Shown: positions 48,427-57,504 of the stretch, one piece after another
How positions within the stretch are numbered: position 1 is the first letter of the stretch
Layout: each line of letters opens with the position of its first letter
Origin: an uncultured Candidatus Kuenenia sp.
Lineage (GTDB): Bacteria > Planctomycetota > Planctomycetia > Pirellulales > UBA1268
Reading direction: 5' to 3'
DNA length: 64,000 nucleotides
Assembly (NCBI GenBank): GCA_964581055.1
Contig: CAZOMJ010000045.1
Span: 581 to 64,580, forward strand
Notes under the pieces: model-generated
What the model was told of the DNA's origin: nothing
Databases searched by the model: none
What the model saw: the letters and a program-made list of their open reading frames with translations, nothing else
Position numbers and translations under genes: made by a program

Positions 48427-51111
48427 ATGGCAGCCATATCCCATCAGCGTGCCCGCGCATCAGAACGTGCGGCGTATGGCCGTCGCCTGGCGCTGGCGGC
48501 CATCGCCAGCGGCCTCGTGCATCTCCTCGTCTGGGGCGGCCTGACGGCGACCCGACTGACCCTGCTCGGCAGCAAGCCGCAGGATGCCACTGCGACGAAG
48601 CCGGCATTGAAGCCGAAGCTGGTTGCCGATTTTCCGCTGCAGGTGCCGAAGTCGCCATCGGTGAAGCCGGACCACGAGCGGCCGCTCGACATGCAGGTGA
48701 TGCCACGGCCGCCGCAGGACGTGCCACGTCCGGAGAGCGTCCGCCGTACGCCGCCAGCCGCGGCCCCGACACCGGAGCAGCCACTGCCGATCGTCGTCAC
48801 CCCGCCCACGCTCGCACGGCCGAAGGCACCACGCGAAGTCGCCGCCGATCGTGCGGTCGAGAAGGCCGCCGCCCCCGAGCGGCAGCGACTGGCCGCAGCT
48901 GCCGCTCCGGCCGACGCCACTGCCGACCGGCTTGCGGCCGCACCGGGGCAGGACACCGCGGCGTCCATGCCCAAACCTTCCGCCGCGGCGCCGCGGCCGG
49001 CTGAGCGGGACTCTGCCGCCGTCGCCCGTCGTCGCCCGCGGGAAGTTGCAATGGCATCCCCTGCACTGCCGGTCACATCGCCCTTGTCCTCACGATTGCC
49101 TGCGGCTGTCGGCGACGATTCCGCGCCGCCACAGCCGCCCGCCCCTGCCCCCACGGCCCGTCGTGAAATCGCCAGCCTCGGCGATCCCTCCGCGGCACCG
49201 GTGCAGCCGATCACCGCACCGGCCGGCGCAGCCAGCACGGATGCAGCGGCCACGCCGGCACCGCGGCCGCAGTCATCGATCGCCGGACTGACGGCTGGGC
49301 AGCCGCGTGCCGACCGCGGCACGTGGGCTCCACTGCGAAGCCAGACGACGGCCGGCGACGCGCCGGCCGATGGCGTCGGCGACATGTCCGCGACCAGCCA
49401 GGCGGTCGCGACGTCAACGGCCGCAGCGGGCCGCACCGCGGCACTGACGGTCGAGCGGCAGGGGGCGGGCCGCTCGTCCGGCAACGCGGGCGAGACCATG
49501 TCATCCCCTGCCAGCGGCAGCGGCTCAGGCAGTGCGATGGCACCGTCGCCGCTCGCACGGTCGTCACCCATCGGCGGAAGTGCCTCGGCAGCGGGCTCGC
49601 CTGCGGGGTCGGATTCAACCGTGGCCGCCATTGCTCTCCCGGCCGCGGCGGAAGCGGGCATCGGGCCAGCGGCCGCAGGAGGCGCCGACGGCGGCACACC
49701 GTCACCACAAGCATTGTCGCGGCTGGGAGGCAGGACATCCGCCGCAACATACGGCCTCGCGGCGTCGGGAGCGGCCGAGTCCCGCGCCGACGGCGACACG
49801 CTCGATGGCGAGGAGTTGTCGAGCGTCGCGGAAGCCGGCGCGGTCGTGGGTAGCCTGACAACCAGATCGCGAGGTGACGACGCCGCAGCCGCGATCGCTC
49901 CCCAGCCGCTCGACCGCGTGGCGGCCGTGACCCTGCCGATCGAGGGACGCGTCCGCGAGATTGCGATCCCCTTTGCCAGACGGTCTCGTGCCAACCGCGA
50001 CGCCCGCGGCCGCGAACAGCCGGCGAGCGAACTGGCCATCCGCGAGAAGACCCGCGTGGCGGCTGACGCGATGGTCGATCGCGGTCTCGAATTTCTTGCG
50101 CGGGCACAGCAGCCTGACGGTCGGTGGCGGCTGGGAGCCTTCCCCGGAAGCACCGCGACCGACACGCCCAAGCTCTCCTGTGACACAGCCGCCACCGGAC
50201 TGGCGATCCTGAGTTTTTTGGGTGCCGGCCACGACCACTTCGGCGGCCGGTACCGCGACACGGTCCGCCGCGGCCTGGAGTTCCTGCTGTCGGTGCAGAA
50301 GGACGACGGTGACCTCTACGTGCCGGCGGACAAACTCTCCGACAGCTGCGCCTGGCTCTATAGCCACGGCATCGCCTCGATGGCTCTTTGTGAGGCGGTC
50401 GGCATGACGGGCGACCCGCTCGTGAAGCCTGCGGCCGCCCGGGCCTGCGGGTTCATCGCCGCCAGCCAGCATCCCTCGCGCGGGGGCTGGCGATACACGC
50501 CCCGCTCCGACGCTGACCTTTCCGTGAGCGGCTGGATGCTCGTGGCGATGCGGTCGGGCCGGCTGGCAGGCGTCGACGTCGAGCCGCGTGCGTTCGACGG
50601 CGTGAAGACCCTGCTGGATGCCTCCGCGATCGCCGGCGATCCGGCCAAATATCACTACAACCCCCGCAACCCGCAGCAGCGACCGTCGCAGTTATCCGCA
50701 GGGTGCATGACCGCCGTCGGCACGCTGATGCGTCTGCACACGGGCTGGACGGCCACCGACCCACGCGTGCAGCAATCAGCTCGGGCGTTGGCGGCGATCC
50801 GGCCGACCTACGGCACTGCGAGGGAGAAGAACCGGGACTGCTATCTCTGGTACTACGCCTCGCAGGTACTCGTGCACACCGGTGGCGACGAGTGGACCGA
50901 CTGGTACGACCAACTCGCCGACACGCTCGAGCAGACGCAGGAACGGCAAGGCCCGGGGGCCGGGAGCTGGGATCCGCTCGGCACCGTCCCCGATCGCTGG
51001 GGCCAGTACGGCGGCCGCATCTATGTCACGGCCTTGCATCTGCTTGCGCTCGAGGTGCCCGATCGTCGGCTGCCGACCTATGGCACCCCGGAAGACGCCA
51101 TAGACCACTGA
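48427..51111 (+). CDS. TonB-like membrane anchor and Pro-rich spacer fused to a long Ala/Ser/Gly-rich region and a C-terminal prenyltransferase/terpene-cyclase-like alpha/alpha-toroid domain
   Basis: TM helix LALAAIASGLVHLLVWGGL carries S-x3-H-x6-L as in the TonB anchor. Pro-rich KPALKPKLV..PRPPQDVPRPESVRRTPPAAAPTPEQPLP. About 350 aa of low complexity. Repeated toroid motifs LEFLARAQQPDGRW, LEFLLSVQKDDGDL, FIAASQHPSRGGWRY. Confidence 0.7.
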   Translation: MAAISHQRARASERAAYGRRLALAAIASGLVHLLVWGGLTATRLTLLGSKPQDATATKPALKPKLVADFPLQVPKSPSVKPDHERPLDMQVMPRPPQDVPRPESVRRTPPAAAPTPEQPLPIVVTPPTLARPKAPREVAADRAVEKAAAPERQRLAAAAAPADATADRLAAAPGQDTAASMPKPSAAAPRPAERDSAAVARRRPREVAMASPALPVTSPLSSRLPAAVGDDSAPPQPPAPAPTARREIASLGDPSAAPVQPITAPAGAASTDAAATPAPRPQSSIAGLTAGQPRADRGTWAPLRSQTTAGDAPADGVGDMSATSQAVATSTAAAGRTAALTVERQGAGRSSGNAGETMSSPASGSGSGSAMAPSPLARSSPIGGSASAAGSPAGSDSTVAAIALPAAAEAGIGPAAAGGADGGTPSPQALSRLGGRTSAATYGLAASGAAESRADGDTLDGEELSSVAEAGAVVGSLTTRSRGDDAAAAIAPQPLDRVAAVTLPIEGRVREIAIPFARRSRANRDARGREQPASELAIREKTRVAADAMVDRGLEFLARAQQPDGRWRLGAFPGSTATDTPKLSCDTAATGLAILSFLGAGHDHFGGRYRDTVRRGLEFLLSVQKDDGDLYVPADKLSDSCAWLYSHGIASMALCEAVGMTGDPLVKPAAARACGFIAASQHPSRGGWRYTPRSDADLSVSGWMLVAMRSGRLAGVDVEPRAFDGVKTLLDASAIAGDPAKYHYNPRNPQQRPSQLSAGCMTAVGTLMRLHTGWTATDPRVQQSARALAAIRPTYGTAREKNRDCYLWYYASQVLVHTGGDEWTDWYDQLADTLEQTQERQGPGAGSWDPLGTVPDRWGQYGGRIYVTALHLLALEVPDRRLPTYGTPEDAIDH

Positions 51112-51126
51112 GGACAACTCACCGGA

Positions 51127-51204
51127 ATTTTCCCGTGGCGGCAGGTTTTCAACGTGCCCATGCTCAGCTGAATTTCCCCCGTGGCGGCACGTTTTTAACG
51201 TGCC
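51127..51204 (+). repeat. Two direct tandem copies of the core intergenic hairpin unit
   Basis: Hairpins at 51140-51158 (GGCAGGTT-TTC-AACGTGCC) and 51186-51204 (GGCACGTT-TTT-AACGTGCC). Each is preceded by AATTTYCCCGTGGC. They lie between convergent stops at 51111 and 51232. Confidence 0.85.
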
Positions 51205-51231
51205 CATCCCCAACCAACTGGATGATCCGTC

Positions 51232-51756
51232 TCACAGCCCAGACGCGCCCGTCGTCTCTTTCTGCCGCTGCTCCTTCTTCGCCGGAAACTCGATCACGAC
51301 GAGTTCCTTCGCATCGGGGTCGTAGGAGTATTCCTGGTAGTAAGGCAGCATCGGCAGCATGATGCCGTCAGGCTTGCCCGGCTCGATGATCCGATCCATG
51401 AACTCCTTGTAGTCCTTCGGCTTCCGATCGTTCTCCGCCTGGAAGAAGTTCATCTTCTGGTCGACGGCGATGATCGACAGTTTGCCGACGCTCGTCCGAT
51501 AGGCGTCGGCGGCGACCTCCGGGCCCTGGCTCTTGATCGACATCTCCGCCCGCACGCCCCCCTGCTTGAGCGCCTCCGACAATTCCAGCACGTTTTGCGT
51601 GGTCTTTTTCAGAGTCTGACGGGTCTGGATCGGTGCGGGTGCGGGCGCTGCCGCCGCCGGCGGCGTCTCAGGCTTCTTCTCGCCGGAGCCGCTGAGTCCG
51701 ATCAGCACCAGTACGCCAGCGATCAGCGCCAGCAACACGATCCAGACGTTCTTCAT
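51232..51756 (-). CDS. Hypothetical membrane-anchored or secreted protein
   Basis: N-terminal anchor MKNVWIVLLALIAGVLVLIGL, an Ala/Pro linker, then a roughly 120-aa globular part. No motif recognised. Confidence 0.55.
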   Translation of the reverse strand: MKNVWIVLLALIAGVLVLIGLSGSGEKKPETPPAAAAPAPAPIQTRQTLKKTTQNVLELSEALKQGGVRAEMSIKSQGPEVAADAYRTSVGKLSIIAVDQKMNFFQAENDRKPKDYKEFMDRIIEPGKPDGIMLPMLPYYQEYSYDPDAKELVVIEFPAKKEQRQKETTGASGL

Positions 51757-51812
51757 GGCCCTTCTCCCCTGTTCGTTTCGTTGATGCGACCGCCCCAGGC
51801 GACCGCCGCCCG

Positions 51813-53234
51813 TCAGCTGCGATACTCATACTTGTACTTGCCGGGCATCGGCACCGGATACCGTCCCTCGCTGTCGGCCACCAGGGGCGCGGGCGACCCG
51901 TCGGTCAGGCTATCCACGCCGGCGGTGAGGTCGTCGGGGCAGTTGAGCATCTCGTCGTAGGTCACCGGCTTGCCGGTGTGCGCCGCAAACCGGCCCATCG
52001 CCGTCACCAGGCTCGCCTCGGCGCCCCGCACCGCCTCGTTGTATGGTTCGTCGGCAATGATAGCCGCCACGAGATGCTCCCACTCCCGACGATAGGGATT
52101 CGGCTCGGGCTGCTGCGCCGCCCAGGCAACGTTGTCCTTGTCCACCCGCTGGTTCTTGAAGATCGCACAACGGGCCGGCGAATGGCCGCTGGTCGAAATG
52201 GCAAACGCCGCCTTGGAGCCCTGCCCCCAGAGGCCGAATTTGCTGTCGCAGCCCTTCATCACCTGGCAGGTGTAGAAGAACTTGGCCCCGTCGTCGAACG
52301 TGTATTCGATGCCGTAGTTGTCGAAGTTTTGGTCGTCGATCTTGGCACGCAGTTGCCGAGCGCCGATCGCCACGGCCTTCACGGGCCACGCCCCCTTCAT
52401 CCAGCAGACCTCGTCGATGTGATGCACGCAGTAGTCGCTGAAAATACCGCCCGAGGCCCAGAGGAAGTTGTGAAATCGCTTGATCTGCCAGAGCAACTCG
52501 CTCATTCCCTGTGGACCGGGCGCGAGGTCAAGATTGTGGGGCGGATTGTGCTCGCGATAGCCGTGGAAGGAGATCAGTTCACCGGCCTCGCCATTTTTCA
52601 GACGGTCGAGGAGCTCCTGACGACGGTCGCAGTGGCGGCACATCAGCCCCACGCCCACCTTGAGATTCTTCTCCGTGGCCTTCGCAGCCAGTTCGATGAT
52701 CCGCTTGGTGGTCGGGCCGTCGACCGACACCGGCTTCTCCATGAACGTGTGCACGCCCTTCTCGATGGCGTAAGCAAAGTGCGGCGCCCGAAAGGCCGGC
52801 GGCGTGGCGAACAGGGCGATGTCACCAGGACGCAAACAGTCGATGGCCTGCCTGTAGCCGTCGAAACCGATGAACGTCCGCTCCTCGGGCACGTCGATGC
52901 GTTCCTTGAACTGTTCGCCAAGCGACCGCTTCACGATGTCGACCCGGTCGCGAAACACGTCGGCCATCGCCACCACCTTGATCGGTGCCCCTGGCACGGA
53001 GAGCGCGTCGACCGCCGCGCCACCGCCGCGGCCGCCGCAGCCGACAAGCGCCACGCGGATCTCATCGGTGCCGGCGGCATGCACGTGTGGAATCGCCCGA
53101 CCGGAAAGGAGCGTGCCCGACAGCGTGGCCGCGCCCGCTACCGCCACCGCAGCGTGGCTGGTGGCCCCCAAAAACTCCCGACGGCTGGTGGAGCGGAGGA
53201 TGCGGGATGCTCCGTGTGGCTGGACTGGCTGCAT
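51813..53234 (-). CDS. Tat-signal Gfo/Idh/MocA-family oxidoreductase
   Basis: SRREFLGATSHAAVAVAGAATL is a twin-arginine signal. Rossmann IRVALVGCGGRGGGA. Also ATPPAFRAPHFAYAIEKGVHTFMEKP. Confidence 0.8.
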   Translation of the reverse strand: MQPVQPHGASRILRSTSRREFLGATSHAAVAVAGAATLSGTLLSGRAIPHVHAAGTDEIRVALVGCGGRGGGAAVDALSVPGAPIKVVAMADVFRDRVDIVKRSLGEQFKERIDVPEERTFIGFDGYRQAIDCLRPGDIALFATPPAFRAPHFAYAIEKGVHTFMEKPVSVDGPTTKRIIELAAKATEKNLKVGVGLMCRHCDRRQELLDRLKNGEAGELISFHGYREHNPPHNLDLAPGPQGMSELLWQIKRFHNFLWASGGIFSDYCVHHIDEVCWMKGAWPVKAVAIGARQLRAKIDDQNFDNYGIEYTFDDGAKFFYTCQVMKGCDSKFGLWGQGSKAAFAISTSGHSPARCAIFKNQRVDKDNVAWAAQQPEPNPYRREWEHLVAAIIADEPYNEAVRGAEASLVTAMGRFAAHTGKPVTYDEMLNCPDDLTAGVDSLTDGSPAPLVADSEGRYPVPMPGKYKYEYRS

Positions 53235-53350
53235 GACGATTGTGTTCCTTGCTTGCTGATGCGATCACAGGGCACGTCGATGCCGTCCCGGGCCCCGGCT
53301 CGACGCTGAATCACCCTCGTTTCCCAGTGTGACTTTGTCTCACCGACCTG

Positions 53351-53405
53351 TCAAAAGACGGGCGCCGATCGCCAGGCCCCGGAGGGGCTTCGGGCGATCG
53401 GCGCC
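53351..53405 (-). terminator. Intrinsic-terminator-like hairpin downstream of the 53443 gene
   Basis: A perfect 13-bp stem, GGCGCCGATCGCC (53361-53373) pairing with GGCGATCGGCGCC (53393-53405). On the minus strand it is followed by ..GTCTTTTGACAGG (T4 run). Confidence 0.55.
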
Positions 53406-53442
53406 TTCGCTGCACGCAGGGGAAGTCGCCCCGGTCGGTCTG

Positions 53443-54195
53443 CTAAGGCCGTCCTTCCAACATTTTCTGGAGCGGTGCCCGCGACGGATCGGATTCGATC
53501 TTCTTGATGAGGGCGAGGCCCGTCAGCAGGATCTCCCGCTGGCTCTGCTGCAGCGGCGTCAACTGCTTGTCGGCCCCGGAGGCGGCGAGCTGTTCGATGT
53601 AGCTGCCCAGGCTGTCGGCCCCGACCGAATACTCGCCGTAGAGTTCATCGACGGCCTTCTTGAGCGTCTCTCGCATGGCCGGCGCCGCCGAGTCGATCAG
53701 GGCGTCGAACTGCTTCTCATCCGTCAGGTCGATGCCGTCCTCACGGGCCTTGACGATCGCCCCCTCGAGCGTCTTGCTGACCACGTCATAGGCCTGCGAT
53801 TCGAGCGACAACAGCTGCTTGTCGACGAAGGTCGAAGCGTAGTTGTGTGCCTCCCGGGCCAGTTGCGGGGGCGCTGCGAGCACCGCTTTTTCCGCCTGGT
53901 CGAGCACGGCCGGCGCCTGGGCTTCGAGCGTGTCGCCAAACCGCGATGCCTCGACATTGAGCTGCGGCTCGACCTGGGCCGCGGCCAGCTCCACGACCGT
54001 GCGGGCGTCGGCGAACTCGGCGATTTTCGAATAGAGATACCAGAGATAACCCGAAGCTGCGAGCAGCAGTCCACCCATGACGACGGCGGTCGTGAGCAGC
54101 CGTCGCCGGCCCTGGGCCACCGTCTCCTCCATGCGGCTGTGCAGGTTCATGATCTTCGATTCGAGCACAGGCGAAACATTGTAAGCATCGGACAT
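53443..54195 (-). CDS. Hypothetical single-pass membrane protein with a long helical ectodomain
   Basis: ATG at 54195 with AGGAG upstream. TM helix LLTTAVVMGGLLLAASGYLWYLY. The remainder is amphipathic-helix-like. High GC3 in this frame. Confidence 0.55.
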   Translation of the reverse strand: MSDAYNVSPVLESKIMNLHSRMEETVAQGRRRLLTTAVVMGGLLLAASGYLWYLYSKIAEFADARTVVELAAAQVEPQLNVEASRFGDTLEAQAPAVLDQAEKAVLAAPPQLAREAHNYASTFVDKQLLSLESQAYDVVSKTLEGAIVKAREDGIDLTDEKQFDALIDSAAPAMRETLKKAVDELYGEYSVGADSLGSYIEQLAASGADKQLTPLQQSQREILLTGLALIKKIESDPSRAPLQKMLEGRP

Positions 54196-54275
54196 GGGGG
54201 TTGCTCCTGGAGAGGCCGAAGGCCTCGGACGTGGATGGGTTGGGGGTTGATGCAAATGTTGGATGCAGGCCGGTG

Positions 54276-55007
54276 TTATTTCGCGGCCACGTCATCAGCG
54301 GCCACGGACTGGTCGATCATCATCAGCACGTGGTGGATGAACTGCCGCTGCAGCTTCTCCTCGGACTGCTTGGCGACCTCGTCGACGGGGAGCTTCGCCA
54401 GCAACTTCTCAATGCGAATCCTCTCCTTCGCGACCTTGGCCTCGAGCTCGTCGGCAATGCCGCCGCCCTCGATAAGCAGCGAGTTGCGGAGCTTTTCCTC
54501 GATCGAGTCGAGCTTCTGCTCCGTCAGCTTCGGCAACTGACGCTTGAGGTCCTGCGTCACCTTGTCGGTGACCCGCTGCATGCCGGCCTCGGACTTCTTG
54601 AGCAGACTGGCCTGCAACTGCTCGGAGAACTGCTCCGTCTCCTTGAGCAGCATGCTTTCCAACTGCGGGCGCACCTTCTCGAACCGCGCCATGGCCTGCT
54701 CGCCGTAGGCGGGCGCCGCCTTCATGGCGGAATCCATGAACTTCTGACTCAGCGGCGGCCAGACCTCGTCGACCTTCGCCATGAACGCATTCTGCAACTG
54801 CGTGGCGTTGAGCTGCCGCTGCAGCGTGCTGTAGAGCCGGAGGCCGAAGAGGCCCATCAGGCCCATGAGAAGGACTGAACCACCGAGAACGAGCAGCCGT
54901 ATTTGCCGCTGCGCGGTGGCCAGTTCGTCGAGCCGATGCTCGAGGCCGTCGATCACCTGCTCCAGATTGTTGCGGCCGCGCGAGGCCGATTCGTAGCCTG
55001 ATTTCAT
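54276..55007 (-). CDS. Hypothetical single-pass membrane protein with a helical or coiled-coil ectodomain; same architecture as the downstream gene
   Basis: ATG at 55007 with AGGAA upstream. TM helix LLVLGGSVLLMGLMGLFGL. Then K/E/Q/L-rich helices. Confidence 0.55.
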   Translation of the reverse strand: MKSGYESASRGRNNLEQVIDGLEHRLDELATAQRQIRLLVLGGSVLLMGLMGLFGLRLYSTLQRQLNATQLQNAFMAKVDEVWPPLSQKFMDSAMKAAPAYGEQAMARFEKVRPQLESMLLKETEQFSEQLQASLLKKSEAGMQRVTDKVTQDLKRQLPKLTEQKLDSIEEKLRNSLLIEGGGIADELEAKVAKERIRIEKLLAKLPVDEVAKQSEEKLQRQFIHHVLMMIDQSVAADDVAAK

Positions 55008-55248
55008 GGCGAAGGTTCCTGGATGGGCCGGGCAGCCGAACGGAGGCGTGCGACCGGTGCGTGCGAAAAGATAGAAAACGAGTGTGAGCGGATGATGGGA
55101 GGCACGTTCCGAAGGAAATCCCGCGACCAGACGCGCACGAGAACGCTTCGTCGAGGGCATTCGACCCGCCCCCCCAATCATCAAGACGGCGACATGGTGC
55201 CGAGTTTTTCCGTCCTCGTCAACCGCCCCCCTCGTCCGAGCGGCAACG

Positions 55249-55306
55249 CCCGTGGCGGCACGTTTTCAACGTGCCATTCCCCGTGGCGGCAAGTTTTCAA
55301 CTTGCC
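55249..55306 (+). repeat. Two direct tandem copies of the core intergenic hairpin, differing by a compensated base pair
   Basis: 55257-55275 is GGCACGTT-TTC-AACGTGCC and 55288-55306 is GGCAAGTT-TTC-AACTTGCC. Both are perfect 8-bp stems and both are preceded by CCCGTGGC. Confidence 0.9.
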
Positions 55307-55364
55307 TAAGTACACGCCGCTGCTCCAAACACTGCCGAGCCGAATACAGCTCGCGGTGGCGTTT

Positions 55365-56282
55365 TCAGCGCAGCCCCAGCGCATCGAGTTGCCCGCGGAT
55401 GCGTTCAGCCAGCTTCCTACGGTCTGCGACCTGAGCCTCGGTCGCCGGCTGCCGCGACACGCCCATCCTGAACCCGCGGACTTCGGCACCGACGCGAAAG
55501 CCCTCCGGGAAGTCGACCGCCTGGATCATCGGATCGAAGATATCGGTGAGTTGCCGCTGCAGCGGCAGCGCCGCATCGATGTCGCCTGCCCGCACGGTGT
55601 CATACACCCGCCGCGTCAGTTCCGGCACGACGCCGCTTGCGGCATGGGTGCCGCCATCGCAGCCGACCGCCAGCATCGGCACGAGCGCCGGATCCCATCC
55701 GGTGAGAAACGAGAAATCTGGCCGTATCGGCCTCACGGCGGCGATCAGCCGGCCCATGTGGGAGATGTCGCCGCTGGAATCCTTGATGCCGATGATCCGC
55801 GGACACTCTTCCGCCAGCCGCCGCACGGTCGGCACGTCGATCGGCGACGCGAGCATCGGGATGTTGTAGAGCGTCACGTCGATCGGACTGTGCCGGCCAA
55901 TCTCCCGGAAGTAGGCATGGACGCTCTCCGGCGACAGCCGGTAGTAGAACGGCGACACGACCGCCACGGCGCGGGCTCCCGCCTCCAGGCAGTGCTCACA
56001 GGCCCGGATCGTCTCGGACACGTTCGCCTCGGCGGCACCGGCCACCACGGGCACACGGCCCCCCGCCGCCGCGCAGACGACCTGCACGATCCGTCGCCGC
56101 TCCTCGACGGTGAACCGCAGGAACTCGCCCGTCGATCCGTTGGGATAGAGCCCGTGCACGCCCTGCTCGACGAGCCACGACACATAGCGTGCCAGCTCGT
56201 CCTCGTTGATGCGGCCACGGTCATCGAGCGGCACCATGTGGGGCGTGAGAATCCCTTGGATCACGGCGGTTGATGTCGTCAT
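55365..56282 (-). CDS. DapA/DHDPS-family class I aldolase (likely a 2-keto-3-deoxy-sugar-acid aldolase)
   Basis: [21 protein letters not shown] and YNIP are typical of the DHDPS/NAL family. The neighbouring sugar kinase supports a catabolic role. Confidence 0.75.
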   Translation of the reverse strand: MTTSTAVIQGILTPHMVPLDDRGRINEDELARYVSWLVEQGVHGLYPNGSTGEFLRFTVEERRRIVQVVCAAAGGRVPVVAGAAEANVSETIRACEHCLEAGARAVAVVSPFYYRLSPESVHAYFREIGRHSPIDVTLYNIPMLASPIDVPTVRRLAEECPRIIGIKDSSGDISHMGRLIAAVRPIRPDFSFLTGWDPALVPMLAVGCDGGTHAASGVVPELTRRVYDTVRAGDIDAALPLQRQLTDIFDPMIQAVDFPEGFRVGAEVRGFRMGVSRQPATEAQVADRRKLAERIRGQLDALGLR

Positions 56283-56355
56283 GGAATCGATGCTTCTTCT
56301 GCGAGTGTGTGCTTGCCTGCCTGTATCTGCCCGTCTGCTGGATCACGTGGCCGCT

Positions 56356-57453
56356 TCACCTGACCACCCGGGCACCGCCGCCTGCGATCTGCTTCTCGAC
56401 CTCCTTGCGGGTGGCCATGGAGGTGTCTCCAGGCGTGGTCGAAGCGAGCGCCCCGTGTGCAGCCCCATACTCCACCGCCTTCTGCGGGTCGTTGAACTCG
56501 AGGAACCCGAACGCCAGGCCACTGGCGAAGCTGTCGCCGCCACCCACCCGGTCGAGAATTTCCAGTTCCGGATACTGGCGGCTGTCGTAAAACTTCCCGT
56601 CGTGCCAGCAGATCGCGCTCCAGTCGTTCTTCGTGGCCGTGATCACGCGGCGGAGCGTCGTCGCCGCCACCTTGAAGTTGGGAAACGTCTTGACGGCCGT
56701 CTCGATCATCTTTCGGAAGGCGTCGGTCTCGATCGTGCTGATAGCGTGATCGACACCCTGCACCTCGAAGCCGAGCGACGCCGTGAAATCCTCCTCGTTG
56801 CCGATCATCACGTCGACGTGCTTCGCGATCTCGCGATTCACCTCCTGGGCCTTGGCCAGCCCTCCGATGCTCTTCCAGAGGCTGGGCCGGTAGTTCAGGT
56901 CGTAGGAGACGACCGTGCCGTGCTTCTTGGCCGCCTGCACCGCTTCGATCGTCAGGGCGGCGGTGGTCGCAGACAACGCCGCGAAGATGCCGCCGGTGTG
57001 AAACCCGCGGACACCGAGCCTGCCGAAGAGGGGATCCCAATCGACGTCGCCCGGCTTCATCTGGCTGGCCGCCGAGTTGCCCCGGTCGGGCACGCCCACC
57101 GCGCCGCGGATGCCGAAGCCGCGCTCCGTGAAGTTCAGGCCATTGCGAACCGAGCGGCCGATGCCGTCGTCCGGCTTCCACTGGATGAAGTCGGTGCAGA
57201 CGCCCCCCTGCATGATGAAGTCTTCGATCAGATGGCCCACCTCGTTGTCGACGAAAGCGGTCACCACGGCGGTCTTCAGGCCGAAGCACTTCCGCAGGCC
57301 GCGGGCCACGTTGTATTCGCCGCCGCCCTCCCACACCTGGAACTGCCGGGCGGTGCGGATGCGGCCTTCGCCGGGGTCAAGTCGGAGCATGATCTCACCG
57401 AGCGACACCTGGTCGAACGCACACGAATCCTTCGGCTTGATGGGCAGTGCCAT
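56356..57453 (-). CDS. PfkB-family sugar kinase (2-dehydro-3-deoxygluconokinase-like)
   Basis: N-terminal GEIMLRL..GGGEYNVA. C-terminal DRVGGGDSFASGLAFG. Confidence 0.75.
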   Translation of the reverse strand: MALPIKPKDSCAFDQVSLGEIMLRLDPGEGRIRTARQFQVWEGGGEYNVARGLRKCFGLKTAVVTAFVDNEVGHLIEDFIMQGGVCTDFIQWKPDDGIGRSVRNGLNFTERGFGIRGAVGVPDRGNSAASQMKPGDVDWDPLFGRLGVRGFHTGGIFAALSATTAALTIEAVQAAKKHGTVVSYDLNYRPSLWKSIGGLAKAQEVNREIAKHVDVMIGNEEDFTASLGFEVQGVDHAISTIETDAFRKMIETAVKTFPNFKVAATTLRRVITATKNDWSAICWHDGKFYDSRQYPELEILDRVGGGDSFASGLAFGFLEFNDPQKAVEYGAAHGALASTTPGDTSMATRKEVEKQIAGGGARVVR

Positions 57454-57504
57454 GCGAATCTCCTTTGGTCTAAGAAAGCGGCCGGCCGGTCACGGCCAGC
57501 CGGC

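Noticed and set aside
51127-55306. Possibility that the tandem hairpin units are a mini-CRISPR array
   Set aside because: There are only two units per locus, the spacers are 12-27 nt, the unit is a short perfect palindrome typical of REP elements, and there are no cas genes in the window.
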